From Alphaproteobacteria bacterium (GTDB lineage Bacteria; Pseudomonadota; Alphaproteobacteria; Bin95), in contig JBDQJI010000003.1 in the NCBI GenBank assembly GCA_040263875.1, forward strand, positions 19,994 through 83,993: a stretch of 64,000 nt of DNA, written 5' to 3'. The notes beneath the pieces were generated by a model, which did not search any database, was not told where the DNA came from, and worked only from the letters and a program-made list of their open reading frames with translations. Position 1 is the stretch's first letter. Each line of letters begins with the position of its first letter. Shown piece after piece: positions 1 through 9,415 of the stretch. The position numbers and the translations under genes are program-made.

Positions 1-181
1 ACACCCGCATGCCAAGCGCCGCCATCAGCCCGATTTGGCGCGCACGGGCTTGCTGCTCCTTTGGCAGTTTGTCCGCAACGATGGAAATGAACACTAAATT
101 ATCAATGCCAAGAACGACTTCCAACGCGGCGAGCGTCGCAAAGCTCAACCAGACATTGGGGTTGGAAAGTAATTCAAGCAT
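1..181 (-). CDS. TerC family integral membrane protein, N-terminal 60 codons only; the gene continues past the window start
   Basis: The reverse strand from an ATG (forward 'cat' at 179-181) translates as MLELLSNPNVWLSFATLAALEVVLGIDNLVFISIVADKLPKEQQARARQIGLMAALGMRV. The LEVVLGIDNLVFISI...KLP...QQ..AR..GL block is the hallmark N-terminus of TerC/YoaE/Alx-type proteins. The reading frame stays open to the window edge. Confidence 0.55.
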   Translation of the reverse strand, partial: MLELLSNPNVWLSFATLAALEVVLGIDNLVFISIVADKLPKEQQARARQIGLMAALGMRV

Positions 182-248
182 GCTTCAAAAGCCCTTCGGC
201 GGCATAAGGATAGTCTGGAAAAGCCTTTTGGACCTAGAGAGTTCCCTC

Positions 249-548
249 TCAATCGCCCTTTATTGATGCGACCCGGTCTTTGACCTCATCCGCAGTCAGG
301 TGGCCGCGCTCAACCAAGGTCTTGTGGAGGCCAAGCAGCCAGCGCCCATAATAAGGACTATTATCATACAAATTCTGCGGCAGTTCTTCCTGCGTCCGAC
401 GGGAAACATCTGACGACATGGCCGGATCAATCTCGCCCATGAGAATGCGCATGGCGTCCACGCGCTTATCGAAATCCGTCGGCGTATATTCGCTTTGATC
501 AATGGCGCCTGCGGGCTGTCCGCCGTAGTCAGATGGCAGTCGGGGCAT
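249..548 (-). CDS. Small protein (99 aa) resembling the N-terminal domain of nitrile hydratase beta subunits and the homologous accessory (activator) proteins. No alpha or full-length beta subunit is nearby.
   Basis: SDYGG near the N-terminus parallels the HD(L/T)GG start of nitrile hydratase beta subunits. NSPYYGRWLLGL parallels the (E)SPYY(W)HW(L) motif and is followed by a short helical tail. The alignment is from memory, not a search. Confidence 0.4.
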   Translation of the reverse strand: MPRLPSDYGGQPAGAIDQSEYTPTDFDKRVDAMRILMGEIDPAMSSDVSRRTQEELPQNLYDNSPYYGRWLLGLHKTLVERGHLTADEVKDRVASIKGD

Positions 549-567
549 TCGAGAACTCCAATCTTCT

Positions 568-2961
568 GTGTTGGGACATCATACCGCCCCACTCCGCCTT
601 GTGAAACAATTGCTTTCGAACGCTGTTAGAGGCGCATATGGTCAGCCTAAGCCGGAACACACTGCCTGGAGCACCCCCCCCTTGCCCGAAAACATTCGTG
701 ACGCCGCCCTGGCCTATCATCGTCGTGAACCGGCCGGTAAATTGGCCATTCAAGCGACAAAGCCGCTCGGCACCCAGCGTGATCTGGCTCTGGCGTATTC
801 GCCCGGCGTTGCGGCAGCGTGTGAAGCCATCTTCGAGGACCCGGCAGAAGCGGCTGCACTGACAGCGCGCGGTAACTTGGTCGGCGTGATTACCAACGGC
901 ACAGCAGTCCTGGGCCTTGGCGCAATTGGGCCGCTGGCCTCCAAGCCTGTGATGGAAGGTAAGGCTGTTTTATTCAAGAAGTTCGCTGGGATCGACGTGT
1001 TTGATATTGAGGTGGATGCATTGGACCCAGAACGGTTCTGCGATGTGGTGGCCGCCCTAGAACCCACGTTCGGTGGCATCAACCTTGAAGACATAAAAGC
1101 GCCAGAATGCTTTATAATTGAAAAAGAATTACGCAGCCGCATGAACATTCCAGTGCTCCATGACGATCAACATGGCACAGCGATTATCGTGGCGGCAGCA
1201 GTCTTGAACGCCATGCGCCTCGTCAAGAAAGACCCCGCGAATGTGAAGCTCGTCGCCTCTGGCGCTGGGGCCGCATCTATTGCCTGTTTGAACCTGCTCT
1301 GCGCACTTGGTCTGCGCCGTGAGAATATTTGGGTAACAGACATCGCGGGCGTGGTGTTTGAGGGTCGCCAGCAGGAAATGGATGAATGGAAGGCTGCATA
1401 TGCGCAGCCAACCGACAAGCGCTCACTCGCAGAGGTTATCCCAGGCGCGGACATTTTCATGGGGCTCTCCGCAGCGGGCGTTTTAAAGCCGGATATGGTG
1501 CGAGATATGGCACCGGACCCGCTCATTCTCGCGCTCGCCAACCCGAATCCTGAGATCGATCCAGACGAGGCCCGCGCCGTCAGGCCAGACGCGATTATCG
1601 CCACAGGCCGGTCTGACTATCCAAACCAGGTCAATAACGTCCTCTGCTTCCCCTTCATTTTCCGGGGCGCGCTGGATGTCCGTGCGACAGAAATTAATGA
1701 AAGCATGAAGCTTGCTGCCGTTGAGGCTATCGCCGGCCTCGCGATGCAGGAGCAATCCGAAGATGCCCAGCGGGCCTATGGCGGGGAAGCGTTGTCGTTC
1801 GGTCAAAATTACATCATCCCGCGACCGTTCGACCCCAGGCTAATCTTGGAGATCGCGCCAGCAGTCGCAAAGGCCGCCGTTGAGAGCGGCGTCGCCACGC
1901 GGCCAATCACAGACTTCAAGGCCTACCGCCAAAGGCTGGATACCTTCGTATTCCGCTCTGGCTTGATGATGAAGCCAGTGTTTGAGCGCGCACGCGAAGA
2001 CGTTAAGCGCGTTATTTTTGCAGATGGCGAAGATGAACGCGTGCTCCGCGCCGCACAGGCCGCAGTTGATGAAGGCATCGCCCGACCGATCCTGATTGGC
2101 CGCCCGCCTGTGGTTGAAGTACGGATTGAACGGCTGGGTCTCAGGCTGGCTAAGGATGTAGACTATGACATCATCAACCCGGAACAAGATGACCGGTATC
2201 GGCAATATTGGGAAACATATCATAGCCTTATGGGTCGACGCGGTGTCACGCCAGACGCCGCTCGAACCATCATCCGTACCAATACGACAGCGATCGCTGC
2301 TACAGCAGTAAAACGCGGCGACGCGGATGCGATGATCTGCGGACTAGCTGGGGATTATGCGGCTAACCTGCACGAGGTTGAGTTTGTGATTGGCCATGCG
2401 CCTGGTGTGCGCCAACTTGCAGCGCTGAGCGGGCTAATCCTGCCAACCGGCGCCTACTTCATCTGCGATACATATGTTCAATCCGACCCAACGGCAGATG
2501 ATATTGTGCGCATGACTATGCTGGCAGCAGGTGAAATCGGTCGGTTCGGCATGACGCCTAAGGTCGCCCTAGTTTCGCACTCAAACTTCGGCGGTCGTGA
2601 TTCTCTCTCAGCACTCAAAATGCGTGAGGCTTTGGCGAAAATTAAGGACCTAGAGCCTGACTTTGAAGTCGATGGCGAAATGCACGCTGATGCAGCACTT
2701 GATGAAGTAATTCGTCGCCGGGTCTTCCCCAACTCATCGCTCACAGGGTCTGCCAACCTTCTGATTATGCCAACGCTGGATGCAGCAAATATCGCATTCA
2801 ATCTTGTCAAAGCCGCTGGCGAAGGACTGCATGTGGGCCCAATCCTGCTGGGTGCTGCTGAACCGGCACATGTGTTGACGCCAGCTGCGACCGCCCGCAC
2901 GGTGCTCAACATGACAGCAGTCGCCGCCGTTGAAGCGCAAGCCCGCAGCCGCCTCATTTAA
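568..2961 (+). CDS. maeB: NADP-dependent malic enzyme, with a malic enzyme domain plus a C-terminal phosphotransacetylase-like domain
   Basis: The N-terminus [45 protein letters not shown] matches the MaeB family. NAD-binding [19 protein letters not shown] and the long PTA-like C-terminus ([10 protein letters not shown]...[15 protein letters not shown]) all fit. The true start is probably downstream of 568, with GTG/TTG candidates near 601 and 685, because the divergent gene starts at 548. Confidence 0.9.
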   Translation: MLGHHTAPLRLVKQLLSNAVRGAYGQPKPEHTAWSTPPLPENIRDAALAYHRREPAGKLAIQATKPLGTQRDLALAYSPGVAAACEAIFEDPAEAAALTARGNLVGVITNGTAVLGLGAIGPLASKPVMEGKAVLFKKFAGIDVFDIEVDALDPERFCDVVAALEPTFGGINLEDIKAPECFIIEKELRSRMNIPVLHDDQHGTAIIVAAAVLNAMRLVKKDPANVKLVASGAGAASIACLNLLCALGLRRENIWVTDIAGVVFEGRQQEMDEWKAAYAQPTDKRSLAEVIPGADIFMGLSAAGVLKPDMVRDMAPDPLILALANPNPEIDPDEARAVRPDAIIATGRSDYPNQVNNVLCFPFIFRGALDVRATEINESMKLAAVEAIAGLAMQEQSEDAQRAYGGEALSFGQNYIIPRPFDPRLILEIAPAVAKAAVESGVATRPITDFKAYRQRLDTFVFRSGLMMKPVFERAREDVKRVIFADGEDERVLRAAQAAVDEGIARPILIGRPPVVEVRIERLGLRLAKDVDYDIINPEQDDRYRQYWETYHSLMGRRGVTPDAARTIIRTNTTAIAATAVKRGDADAMICGLAGDYAANLHEVEFVIGHAPGVRQLAALSGLILPTGAYFICDTYVQSDPTADDIVRMTMLAAGEIGRFGMTPKVALVSHSNFGGRDSLSALKMREALAKIKDLEPDFEVDGEMHADAALDEVIRRRVFPNSSLTGSANLLIMPTLDAANIAFNLVKAAGEGLHVGPILLGAAEPAHVLTPAATARTVLNMTAVAAVEAQARSRLI

Positions 2962-2988
2962 TATCGTTTCGTTCGGAGAGATCACCCC

Positions 2989-4464
2989 ATGGCCAAAGCC
3001 AACCTTACAGACCTCACTGCCAAAGAAGCGCGTCAGCGCATTGGCAGTAAGGAAATCTCACCCGTTGAATTGCTTGAAGCCTGCGTTGAGCGGATCGAAG
3101 CGGTCGACCCTGCCGTCAACGCCATATGCGAACGGGATTTTGATCGGGCACGTGTTCAAGCCGTTGAAGCAGAACGCACCGTGTTACGCGGCGATGATCT
3201 ACCAACACTCCATGGCCTCCCGGTCGCCGTGAAGGACCTGGACGAGACGGATGGCCTACGCACCACCTACGGCTCGCCACAGTTCAAAGATTTCGTGCCA
3301 GACCATGACTCGGTCATGGTTGGCCGGGTGAAGAACGCGGGCGGCATTGTATTCTGCAAAAGCAACACGCCGGAATTTGGTGCTGGAGCCAATACACGGA
3401 ACCCAGTTTGGGGTGCCACGGGCAATCCGTTCAATCCGGACCTAAATGCTGGCGGTTCTTCCGGCGGCTCCGCTGCAGCATTGGCCTGCGGTATGACGCC
3501 GTTGGCAACAGGGTCTGACATGGGCGGAAGCCTGCGTATTCCTGCTGCTTATTGCGGTGTTTCAGGCTTTAGGCCAACGCCCGGTCTCGTGCCGACCATG
3601 AAACGCAACCTCGGCTGGTCGCCGCTTAGCGTCTCAGGCCCTATGGGCCGAAACATCGAAGATATCTGCATGCTTCTGGCAGAACAAGCCGCCGATGATC
3701 CGCGCGACCCTCTTGCAACAGCCGTTGATCCGATGATGCTGCAGTCTCCGCAACCGCTGGATCTTGGCGGGCTGCGCGTCGCGTGGACCACAGATTTTGG
3801 CTTCGCAAAGATCGATAGCGCCTATGCCGAAACGTTCAAAAAGAAGGTCGCCACCATCAAGGGCTATTTCAACGAATGCAGCGAGGCAGCGCCAGATTTA
3901 GGCGATGCGGACGGCATATTCGGCGTTCTCCGCGCGCTCAGCTTTGTCGCGAGCCACAAAGAAACCTATGAGCGGGACAAGAGCCTGCTCGGGCCAAACG
4001 TGCTCGCCAACTATGAGCAAGGTGCCGCAATGAGCCTGGCCGATGTCGCGAAGGCCGATGTAGAGCACACCAACCTGTATCGCCGGACGGAAAATTTCTT
4101 CCAAGAATTCGACCTGCTGATCGGCCCGACCGTGCCAATCTCACCATTCCCCTGGTCAACTTGGTACTTAGAGGAAATGAACGGTGAGCCACTGGAGACC
4201 TACTATTCCTGGCTGGCACCTACCTACGGCATTACCTTAACGACCTGCCCCGCGGCGACTATTCCTTGCGGGCTGGACGAAAAGGGCATGCCATTTGGGC
4301 TTCAGATCGTCGGCGCGGCGAAAGACGATGCGTTCGTGCTAGGTGCCGCCCATGCACTGGAGCAAGCCTTCGCGCGTACAACTGACCTTCAGCGCCCAGC
4401 GCCAGACATCGCCAAGCTGGCGAGCGGTCCGACACCGTCGCTACGGTCCATAATTGAAGTTTAG
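2989..4464 (+). CDS. Amidase (amidase-signature family, GatA-like)
   Basis: Carries the amidase-signature block GGSSGGSAAALACGMTPLATGSDMGGSLRIPAAYCG and the catalytic K (VAVKD) and S. It is 491 aa. A GGAG-type ribosome-binding site precedes the ATG. Confidence 0.85.
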   Translation: MAKANLTDLTAKEARQRIGSKEISPVELLEACVERIEAVDPAVNAICERDFDRARVQAVEAERTVLRGDDLPTLHGLPVAVKDLDETDGLRTTYGSPQFKDFVPDHDSVMVGRVKNAGGIVFCKSNTPEFGAGANTRNPVWGATGNPFNPDLNAGGSSGGSAAALACGMTPLATGSDMGGSLRIPAAYCGVSGFRPTPGLVPTMKRNLGWSPLSVSGPMGRNIEDICMLLAEQAADDPRDPLATAVDPMMLQSPQPLDLGGLRVAWTTDFGFAKIDSAYAETFKKKVATIKGYFNECSEAAPDLGDADGIFGVLRALSFVASHKETYERDKSLLGPNVLANYEQGAAMSLADVAKADVEHTNLYRRTENFFQEFDLLIGPTVPISPFPWSTWYLEEMNGEPLETYYSWLAPTYGITLTTCPAATIPCGLDEKGMPFGLQIVGAAKDDAFVLGAAHALEQAFARTTDLQRPAPDIAKLASGPTPSLRSIIEV

Positions 4465-4717
4465 CCAATCAAGAGGCGGCTGGTTTCTTCAATGCCGAAC
4501 GCCATATAGCCAGCGATCAGGCCGAAATACACAACTGCGATGGCGGAGAGGCTTGAGATGCTGATGTCGCGACGCATGATCATGATATCCTTGTTTCTTT
4601 GGCCTGGGAAAGATTTCCCGAAGCCGATGACACAGAAATAGATTGCGCCGCCTCACATTAGAATAGACGTTTTTGACTACATTCTTTGCGCAAAACGCAT
4701 AGCTGAAGGAAAACCCA

Positions 4718-5272
4718 ATGGCCCGCATCCCATACCCTGACCTAGACACCTTGGATCCGGAGGTTGGCGCCTTCATGCGGCGGATTGATCCGATGGTAAA
4801 TGTCTTCCACATGATGGCGCATGCCGAGACCGCCGTTCGCCCATTCATGCGGCTTGGAAACGCCCTTTTGTTCAAAGGCGTACTTGACCCTGTTCTGCGA
4901 GAGATCGTGATCCTGCGGGTTGGGCATGTCACCGGATCAACCTACGAAGTGCATCAACACAAGATCGTCGGGCGCGATTGCGGCATGACGGATGCACAGA
5001 TCGAAGCTGTACCCGAAGGTGAAACCTCCGATGCCTTTACAGACCGCGAAAAGCTGGCCATTCGGGTAACGGATGAAGTGCTAGCCAATGTCCGCGTAAA
5101 GGATGAAACCTTTGCAGCGATGGAGGCCGCATTCAGTCATCGCGAGAAGACGGAATTGCTGATGGTGATTGGGTTTTACAACATGATCGCCGGATTCTTA
5201 GAAAACATGCAGATTGATATTGAGCCTGAAGGATTGATTGATAACCCCTTGAAACAGGCAAAGAAAGCATAG
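4718..5272 (+). CDS. Carboxymuconolactone decarboxylase (CMD/AhpD-like) family protein
   Basis: An all-helical 184-aa protein with CMD-family architecture (MARIPYPDLDTLDPEV..., and a repeat of the VGHVTGSTYEVHQH-type helix). An AAGGA ribosome-binding site lies 7 nt upstream. A TTGACT -35-like hexamer and the 10-bp palindrome TTTGCGCAAA sit in the upstream AT-rich region. Confidence 0.7.
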   Translation: MARIPYPDLDTLDPEVGAFMRRIDPMVNVFHMMAHAETAVRPFMRLGNALLFKGVLDPVLREIVILRVGHVTGSTYEVHQHKIVGRDCGMTDAQIEAVPEGETSDAFTDREKLAIRVTDEVLANVRVKDETFAAMEAAFSHREKTELLMVIGFYNMIAGFLENMQIDIEPEGLIDNPLKQAKKA

Positions 5273-5347
5273 AAAGAATTAGCAGGAGCCGAATTGGGCT
5301 TATTCATAGCTTTGCTCAACCCTCGGCTTCGCGTAGCTTGAAAAGCG

Positions 5348-6208
5348 ATGGCAGGGATATGTGAGATGCAGACGCTAAAATTTGCTCCGCCGAGGCTCAT
5401 CCCTTTTTCTGCAACTGCTGAGCATTTTCTCCACAATCGGTTCCATAAGGCCTGCGCTGGACTGATTGCGTCTGAACGACATTTGAACTGGATGCTGGCC
5501 CGAGCAATGCGAACGGCTGAGCCTGAATTTCGCGTGCCTTTGCCCTATGCCGTATCGGCTTTCGGGCCAAAACTTGACTTCACCGTCCAAGCGAATTCGA
5601 TCAACAAAATTCTTCGGGGATGGGTCCAAGGCACCGGCAAAATTGTGCGTGTAGATAATTGGTTCGTCGGTGCCCATGATTGGAGCAAGGTTCTGATCAA
5701 CACGGAAGATGATTCAATCGTCCAAGAAGCGCGAATGCTGATTGACGCAAATTTTCGCTTCGCCGAAATTGAAAGTTACGCAAATTACAGACAAAGACTT
5801 GAGGCTGGAGACGCGACCTGGCGCAATATCGGACGCCTTGATAGTATTGAAAGAATCGAAGATTATTTCAATCGCTTCAAAGCGTTATACCACTCGATTG
5901 AAAAACATGGCTTGCTCAGTCCAGATGAATTTTCCGATCAAGCTTCAGGACATGGTGAGGACCCTCCCCAACGCAGAATTGGAATCGCAATTGGTGCGGA
6001 CGGCACGCAATACCGCCTACCTGGCGGACAGCATCGATTTGCTATCGGACTTATATTGGGGTGTCAGATCCCGGTTCAACTTCGGTTGATCCATGTTAAC
6101 TACCTCAAAGCATTGGCAGACCCCGAGCAAACCTTGCCGGCCACGCTGATCTACAACGAAGTGCGGCAGCTTGCGGCGACGGGACGCGTCGGCGGAGGCG
6201 GCGGATAG
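5348..6208 (+). CDS. Hypothetical protein with a C-terminal ParB-N/sulfiredoxin-like motif, in a locally low-GC region
   Basis: IGIAIGADGTQYRLPGGQHRFAIGLILG fits the ParB/Srx-fold consensus (hydrophobic-x-V....DG.Y.L.dGHHR..A). This interval is visibly AT-richer than its flanks. The start codon is uncertain, with several in-frame Met. Confidence 0.45.
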   Translation: MAGICEMQTLKFAPPRLIPFSATAEHFLHNRFHKACAGLIASERHLNWMLARAMRTAEPEFRVPLPYAVSAFGPKLDFTVQANSINKILRGWVQGTGKIVRVDNWFVGAHDWSKVLINTEDDSIVQEARMLIDANFRFAEIESYANYRQRLEAGDATWRNIGRLDSIERIEDYFNRFKALYHSIEKHGLLSPDEFSDQASGHGEDPPQRRIGIAIGADGTQYRLPGGQHRFAIGLILGCQIPVQLRLIHVNYLKALADPEQTLPATLIYNEVRQLAATGRVGGGGG

Positions 6209-6223
6209 CGCTATCTCAGCAAC

Positions 6224-7294
6224 ATGAACGGTCACCCAATCCCACTCCATCTTTCGCCGCATGCACGTGCCGTCGGTCTCTGGCTGCTTGTTGTGGCTGC
6301 AATGGTTGGTGCCATGACAGTGATTGGCGGTGTGACGCGCTTGACCGAGTCTGGTCTCTCAATGGTCGAATGGCGTCCACTTATCGGCGCGCTACCGCCA
6401 TTCAGTGACGGGGAATGGGCTAGAGTATTTGCACTTTACCAAACATCCCCAGAATACCAGAAGATCAACAGCGGCATGTCGTTGGCAGAGTTCAAGCAGA
6501 TATTTTGGTGGGAATATATTCACCGGTTCTGGGGCCGGTTGATTGGCATCGCTTATGCAGCGCCGTTAGCATTCTTTTGGATCAAAGGCTGGATTCCCAA
6601 CGGTCTGCGAGCCAGAATGATTTTGCTATTGGCCCTTGGTGGCAGCCAAGGCGTTATTGGCTGGTGGATGGTGAAATCAGGCCTCGTCGACAGGCCTGAC
6701 GTCAGCCATTTCCGTTTGGCTATCCATCTTGGCATGGCGTTCATTATTGCAGGCGCTCTCGTATGGACCGCCTTAGATTTCCTTTTCCCCCGCACGGTAG
6801 ATGCAGCCCCAAAGGGTCTGCGCCGCATGAGTTGGGTCGTTCTCGCTGCATTGTTCTTTGTCATCATCCTCGGTGCGTTCGTAGCCGGGACGAATGCCGG
6901 AATGATCTATAATACCTTCCCACTCATGGATGGCCGCCTTTTGCCACCGGATTACGCTGCGCTGACCCCTTGGTGGCGTAATAGTCTTGAGAGCATTGGC
7001 GCTATCCAGTTCAATCACCGCTGGGCCGCTGTTCTAACAACCATTCTGATCATCACGCTGTGGCTTCAGGCTAGGGTTAGTGTGCTTCAAAGCCGACATC
7101 GCCAAGCGCCAAACGTTATGGCGCTTCTCGCTATCGTTCAGGTCGGCCTTGGGATCACGACGCTGCTTTCCGTCGTCTGGATACCCTTGGCCGCCCTGCA
7201 TCAGGCTACGGCGCTACTATTATTCGTCGCCGCCGTATGGACGGTATGGGCCTTTAGAGGCCAGACTGCGCCTGATGGTTACAAAAACAGTTAG
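6224..7294 (+). CDS. ctaA: Haem A synthase (COX15/CtaA)
   Basis: A polytopic membrane protein with the alphaproteobacterial CtaA N-terminus (GGVTRLTESGLSMVEWRPLIGALPP...EYQKIN...EFKQIFWWEYIHRFWGRLIG). Conserved His residues sit in the transmembrane helices. Confidence 0.85.
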   Translation: MNGHPIPLHLSPHARAVGLWLLVVAAMVGAMTVIGGVTRLTESGLSMVEWRPLIGALPPFSDGEWARVFALYQTSPEYQKINSGMSLAEFKQIFWWEYIHRFWGRLIGIAYAAPLAFFWIKGWIPNGLRARMILLLALGGSQGVIGWWMVKSGLVDRPDVSHFRLAIHLGMAFIIAGALVWTALDFLFPRTVDAAPKGLRRMSWVVLAALFFVIILGAFVAGTNAGMIYNTFPLMDGRLLPPDYAALTPWWRNSLESIGAIQFNHRWAAVLTTILIITLWLQARVSVLQSRHRQAPNVMALLAIVQVGLGITTLLSVVWIPLAALHQATALLLFVAAVWTVWAFRGQTAPDGYKNS

Positions 7295-7925
7295 AGCAAT
7301 ATCGCCCGAAGGTGCTGTCCGGCGCTTTCGCAAAGGTGTCCGGGCACTGACTGCAAGCGATCCTGGAATGGCTGCTATCGTGAAAGAAGCCGGACCGCCA
7401 CCCATTGCGTTGCGTGATCCAGGATTTCCAACCCTTTTGCGGGCTGTATGCGCTCAACAAATATCAGCCGCTGCCGCACGGACAGTATGGGCCAGGATTG
7501 AAGCAAAAACAGGCGCACCGGTTACAGCCACTGCATTCCTTGAGCTTGGCTATGATGGCGCTCGCTCTATCGGTTTTTCTGGCCGTAAAACAGGATACGC
7601 CATTGGTTTGGCAGAGGCCGAAGTCTCCGGCGCGCTGAATTTTGACGCGATAGCCCGCATGCCAGATGAGGAAGCTATTGAAACGCTGACAGCACTCCGC
7701 GGCATTGGTCGATGGACGGCAGAGGTCTACTTGATCTTTGCCCTTGGCCGGCCGGATGTATGGCCCGCCGCAGACATAGCACTTGTTGCAGCGGCTGGAC
7801 GGATTCGCGGGCTGGCGGAAAAACCGAGTTTCAAGGAAGCATCCGCCATCGCGGAAGAGTGGCGACCCTGGCGGGGAGCGGCGGCTATCCTGCTCTGGCA
7901 CTACTATCGGACCATGCCGCAGTAG
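7275..7925 (+). CDS. DNA-3-methyladenine glycosylase II family (HhH-GPD, AlkA-like) base-excision repair protein
   Basis: Has the HhH-GPD core LTALRGIGRWTAEVYLIFALGRPDVWPAADIAL with the catalytic Asp. The ATG at 7275 (MVTKTV...) overlaps the ctaA 3' end by 20 nt. The track ORF opens at 7080, but an earlier start would lie deep inside ctaA. Confidence 0.7.
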   Translation: MVTKTVRAISPEGAVRRFRKGVRALTASDPGMAAIVKEAGPPPIALRDPGFPTLLRAVCAQQISAAAARTVWARIEAKTGAPVTATAFLELGYDGARSIGFSGRKTGYAIGLAEAEVSGALNFDAIARMPDEEAIETLTALRGIGRWTAEVYLIFALGRPDVWPAADIALVAAAGRIRGLAEKPSFKEASAIAEEWRPWRGAAAILLWHYYRTMPQ

Positions 7926-8020
7926 AGACCACGCAGCGTACGGCGGACGAATTGACGGCTATCAGTCATCTGTGAGACTTTTATCCCAACATTGCATGCC
8001 CAGCCTGAAAGGATGTCCGA

Positions 8021-8563
8021 ATGTTTGATATGGACCGCTTCATCGATGATTGCGCCGCAGCTGTAAAAGCTGACCCCACGCACAAAACAGTCCGCCCAAT
8101 TGTGGAGCGTGTCGTCTCTGATCCGACCGCGTTGTTAAACACTATCGGCGAACCAGTAGCCGCAGGCGTCAACAAGATCTGCCACCGCCCGGACCTCACA
8201 ATTCTGAATTTAGTTTGGGGCAAGCGCATGACGCTGATGCCGCATAACCATAATATGTGGGCTGTGATCGGCATCTACACGGGCCGTGAAGACAACATTT
8301 TCTGGCGACGCTTGGACGAAGGCCCCTGCGGCCTGGAAGCCGCTGGCGCTAAAACGCTTGGTGTCGGCGATGTCGCTCCGCTGGGCGCAGACATCATTCA
8401 CTCCGTCACAAACCCGCTGGATAAGCTGACGGGTGCCATTCACGTTTATGGCGGTGATTTCTTCGCAGAACATCGGTCTGAATGGGAGCCAGAAAACCTG
8501 ACCGAACAGACCTATGATGTTGCGAAGAATATGGCGCTCTTTGAAGAAGCCAATCGTCGCTAA
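8021..8563 (+). CDS. Cupin (double-stranded beta-helix) metalloenzyme, cysteine-dioxygenase-like
   Basis: LNLVWGKRMTLMPHNHNMWAVIGIYTGREDNIFWRR has the layout of the cysteine-dioxygenase-type cupin family (VW.pgq.tpiHdH...w.v.G.l.G.E). A second cupin His lies further on (IHVYGG). It is 180 aa. Confidence 0.6.
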   Translation: MFDMDRFIDDCAAAVKADPTHKTVRPIVERVVSDPTALLNTIGEPVAAGVNKICHRPDLTILNLVWGKRMTLMPHNHNMWAVIGIYTGREDNIFWRRLDEGPCGLEAAGAKTLGVGDVAPLGADIIHSVTNPLDKLTGAIHVYGGDFFAEHRSEWEPENLTEQTYDVAKNMALFEEANRR

Positions 8564-8581
8564 GAACAAGGACTAGATCCG

Positions 8582-9415
8582 ATGCAGGTAGAGGCTATTG
8601 CGGGCGCACTTGGTGCCGAGATCAAAGGCGTTGATCTAAGCAGTGAACTGTCGAACAGCGATGCCGCCGCTGTCCGGGATGCCTTCCTGGATCACAAGGT
8701 TATCTTTTTCCGGGACCAAAAACTAACGCCGAATGATCAAGTCCGTTTTGCCAGCCTTTTCGGCGAACCTGATATTTATCCCTTCATCGAAGGCCTACCT
8801 GATACGCCTGAGGTCATCGAAATTCTGAAAGCTCAAGGCGACGCCAAGAACTTTGGCGGCAGTTGGCATTCAGATACCTCCTACATGGAGCAACCTGCGC
8901 TCGGCACTGTGCTCTATGCGCTGGAAACGCCAAAGGCTGGTGGCGACACACTTTTCGCCAATGCGGCTGCCGCCTATGAAGCGTTATCTGACGGCATGAA
9001 GTCCATGCTTGGCGACCTGAAAGGCGTGAACTGCTCCGAACATGGCTATGCTGGCGGCCGGGCAGCGGCGATGGCGAAGCTGGATGGCATGAAAGAAACC
9101 GACCAAGCGGCGACAGGGTACGAATCCCGTCATCCAATTGTGCGCACACATCCAGAGACGGGCCGGAAATCACTCTACCTCAACCGCTCCCACACGGCCT
9201 CTTTCGATACGATGACGGAAGCTGAAAGCAAGCCGCTGATCGACTTCCTCTGTGACCATATCACCCGACCAGAATTCACCTGCCGCTTTCGCTGGACGCC
9301 CGGTGCAATTGCAGTTTGGGACAACAGAGCGACCCAGCATTTTGCTGTGAACGACTACCCAGGCAAGCGTCGCCGCATGCATCGTGTGACGATTAAGGGC
9401 GACACGCCCCGGTGA
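8582..9415 (+). CDS. TauD/TfdA-family Fe(II)/2-oxoglutarate-dependent dioxygenase, taurine-dioxygenase-like
   Basis: WHSDTSYMEQPALGTVLYALETPKAGGDTLFANAAAAYEALS carries the HxD...H facial triad and the TauD-family context. It sits 18 nt downstream of the cupin gene. Its TGA stop overlaps the GTG start of the next gene (GTGA). Confidence 0.85.
   Translation: MQVEAIAGALGAEIKGVDLSSELSNSDAAAVRDAFLDHKVIFFRDQKLTPNDQVRFASLFGEPDIYPFIEGLPDTPEVIEILKAQGDAKNFGGSWHSDTSYMEQPALGTVLYALETPKAGGDTLFANAAAAYEALSDGMKSMLGDLKGVNCSEHGYAGGRAAAMAKLDGMKETDQAATGYESRHPIVRTHPETGRKSLYLNRSHTASFDTMTEAESKPLIDFLCDHITRPEFTCRFRWTPGAIAVWDNRATQHFAVNDYPGKRRRMHRVTIKGDTPR

Noticed and set aside
9-266. 85-aa plus-strand ORF at the window start
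   Set aside because: It lies antisense to the much better-supported TerC-family N-terminus (LGIDNLVFISI motif) and has no recognisable features.
529-1806. Several 70-145-aa ORFs antisense or out-of-frame within maeB (e.g. 529-753, 750-1148, 1167-1604, 1483-1806)
   Set aside because: They are embedded in the confidently assigned malic enzyme gene and have the biased composition typical of shadow ORFs in high-GC DNA.
4489-4932. 147-aa reverse-strand ORF overlapping the CMD-family gene
   Set aside because: It lies antisense to a well-supported CDS, its amino-acid composition is Arg/Ser/Thr-rich and low-complexity as is typical of out-of-frame GC-rich translations, and it has no ribosome-binding site. 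It is spurious.
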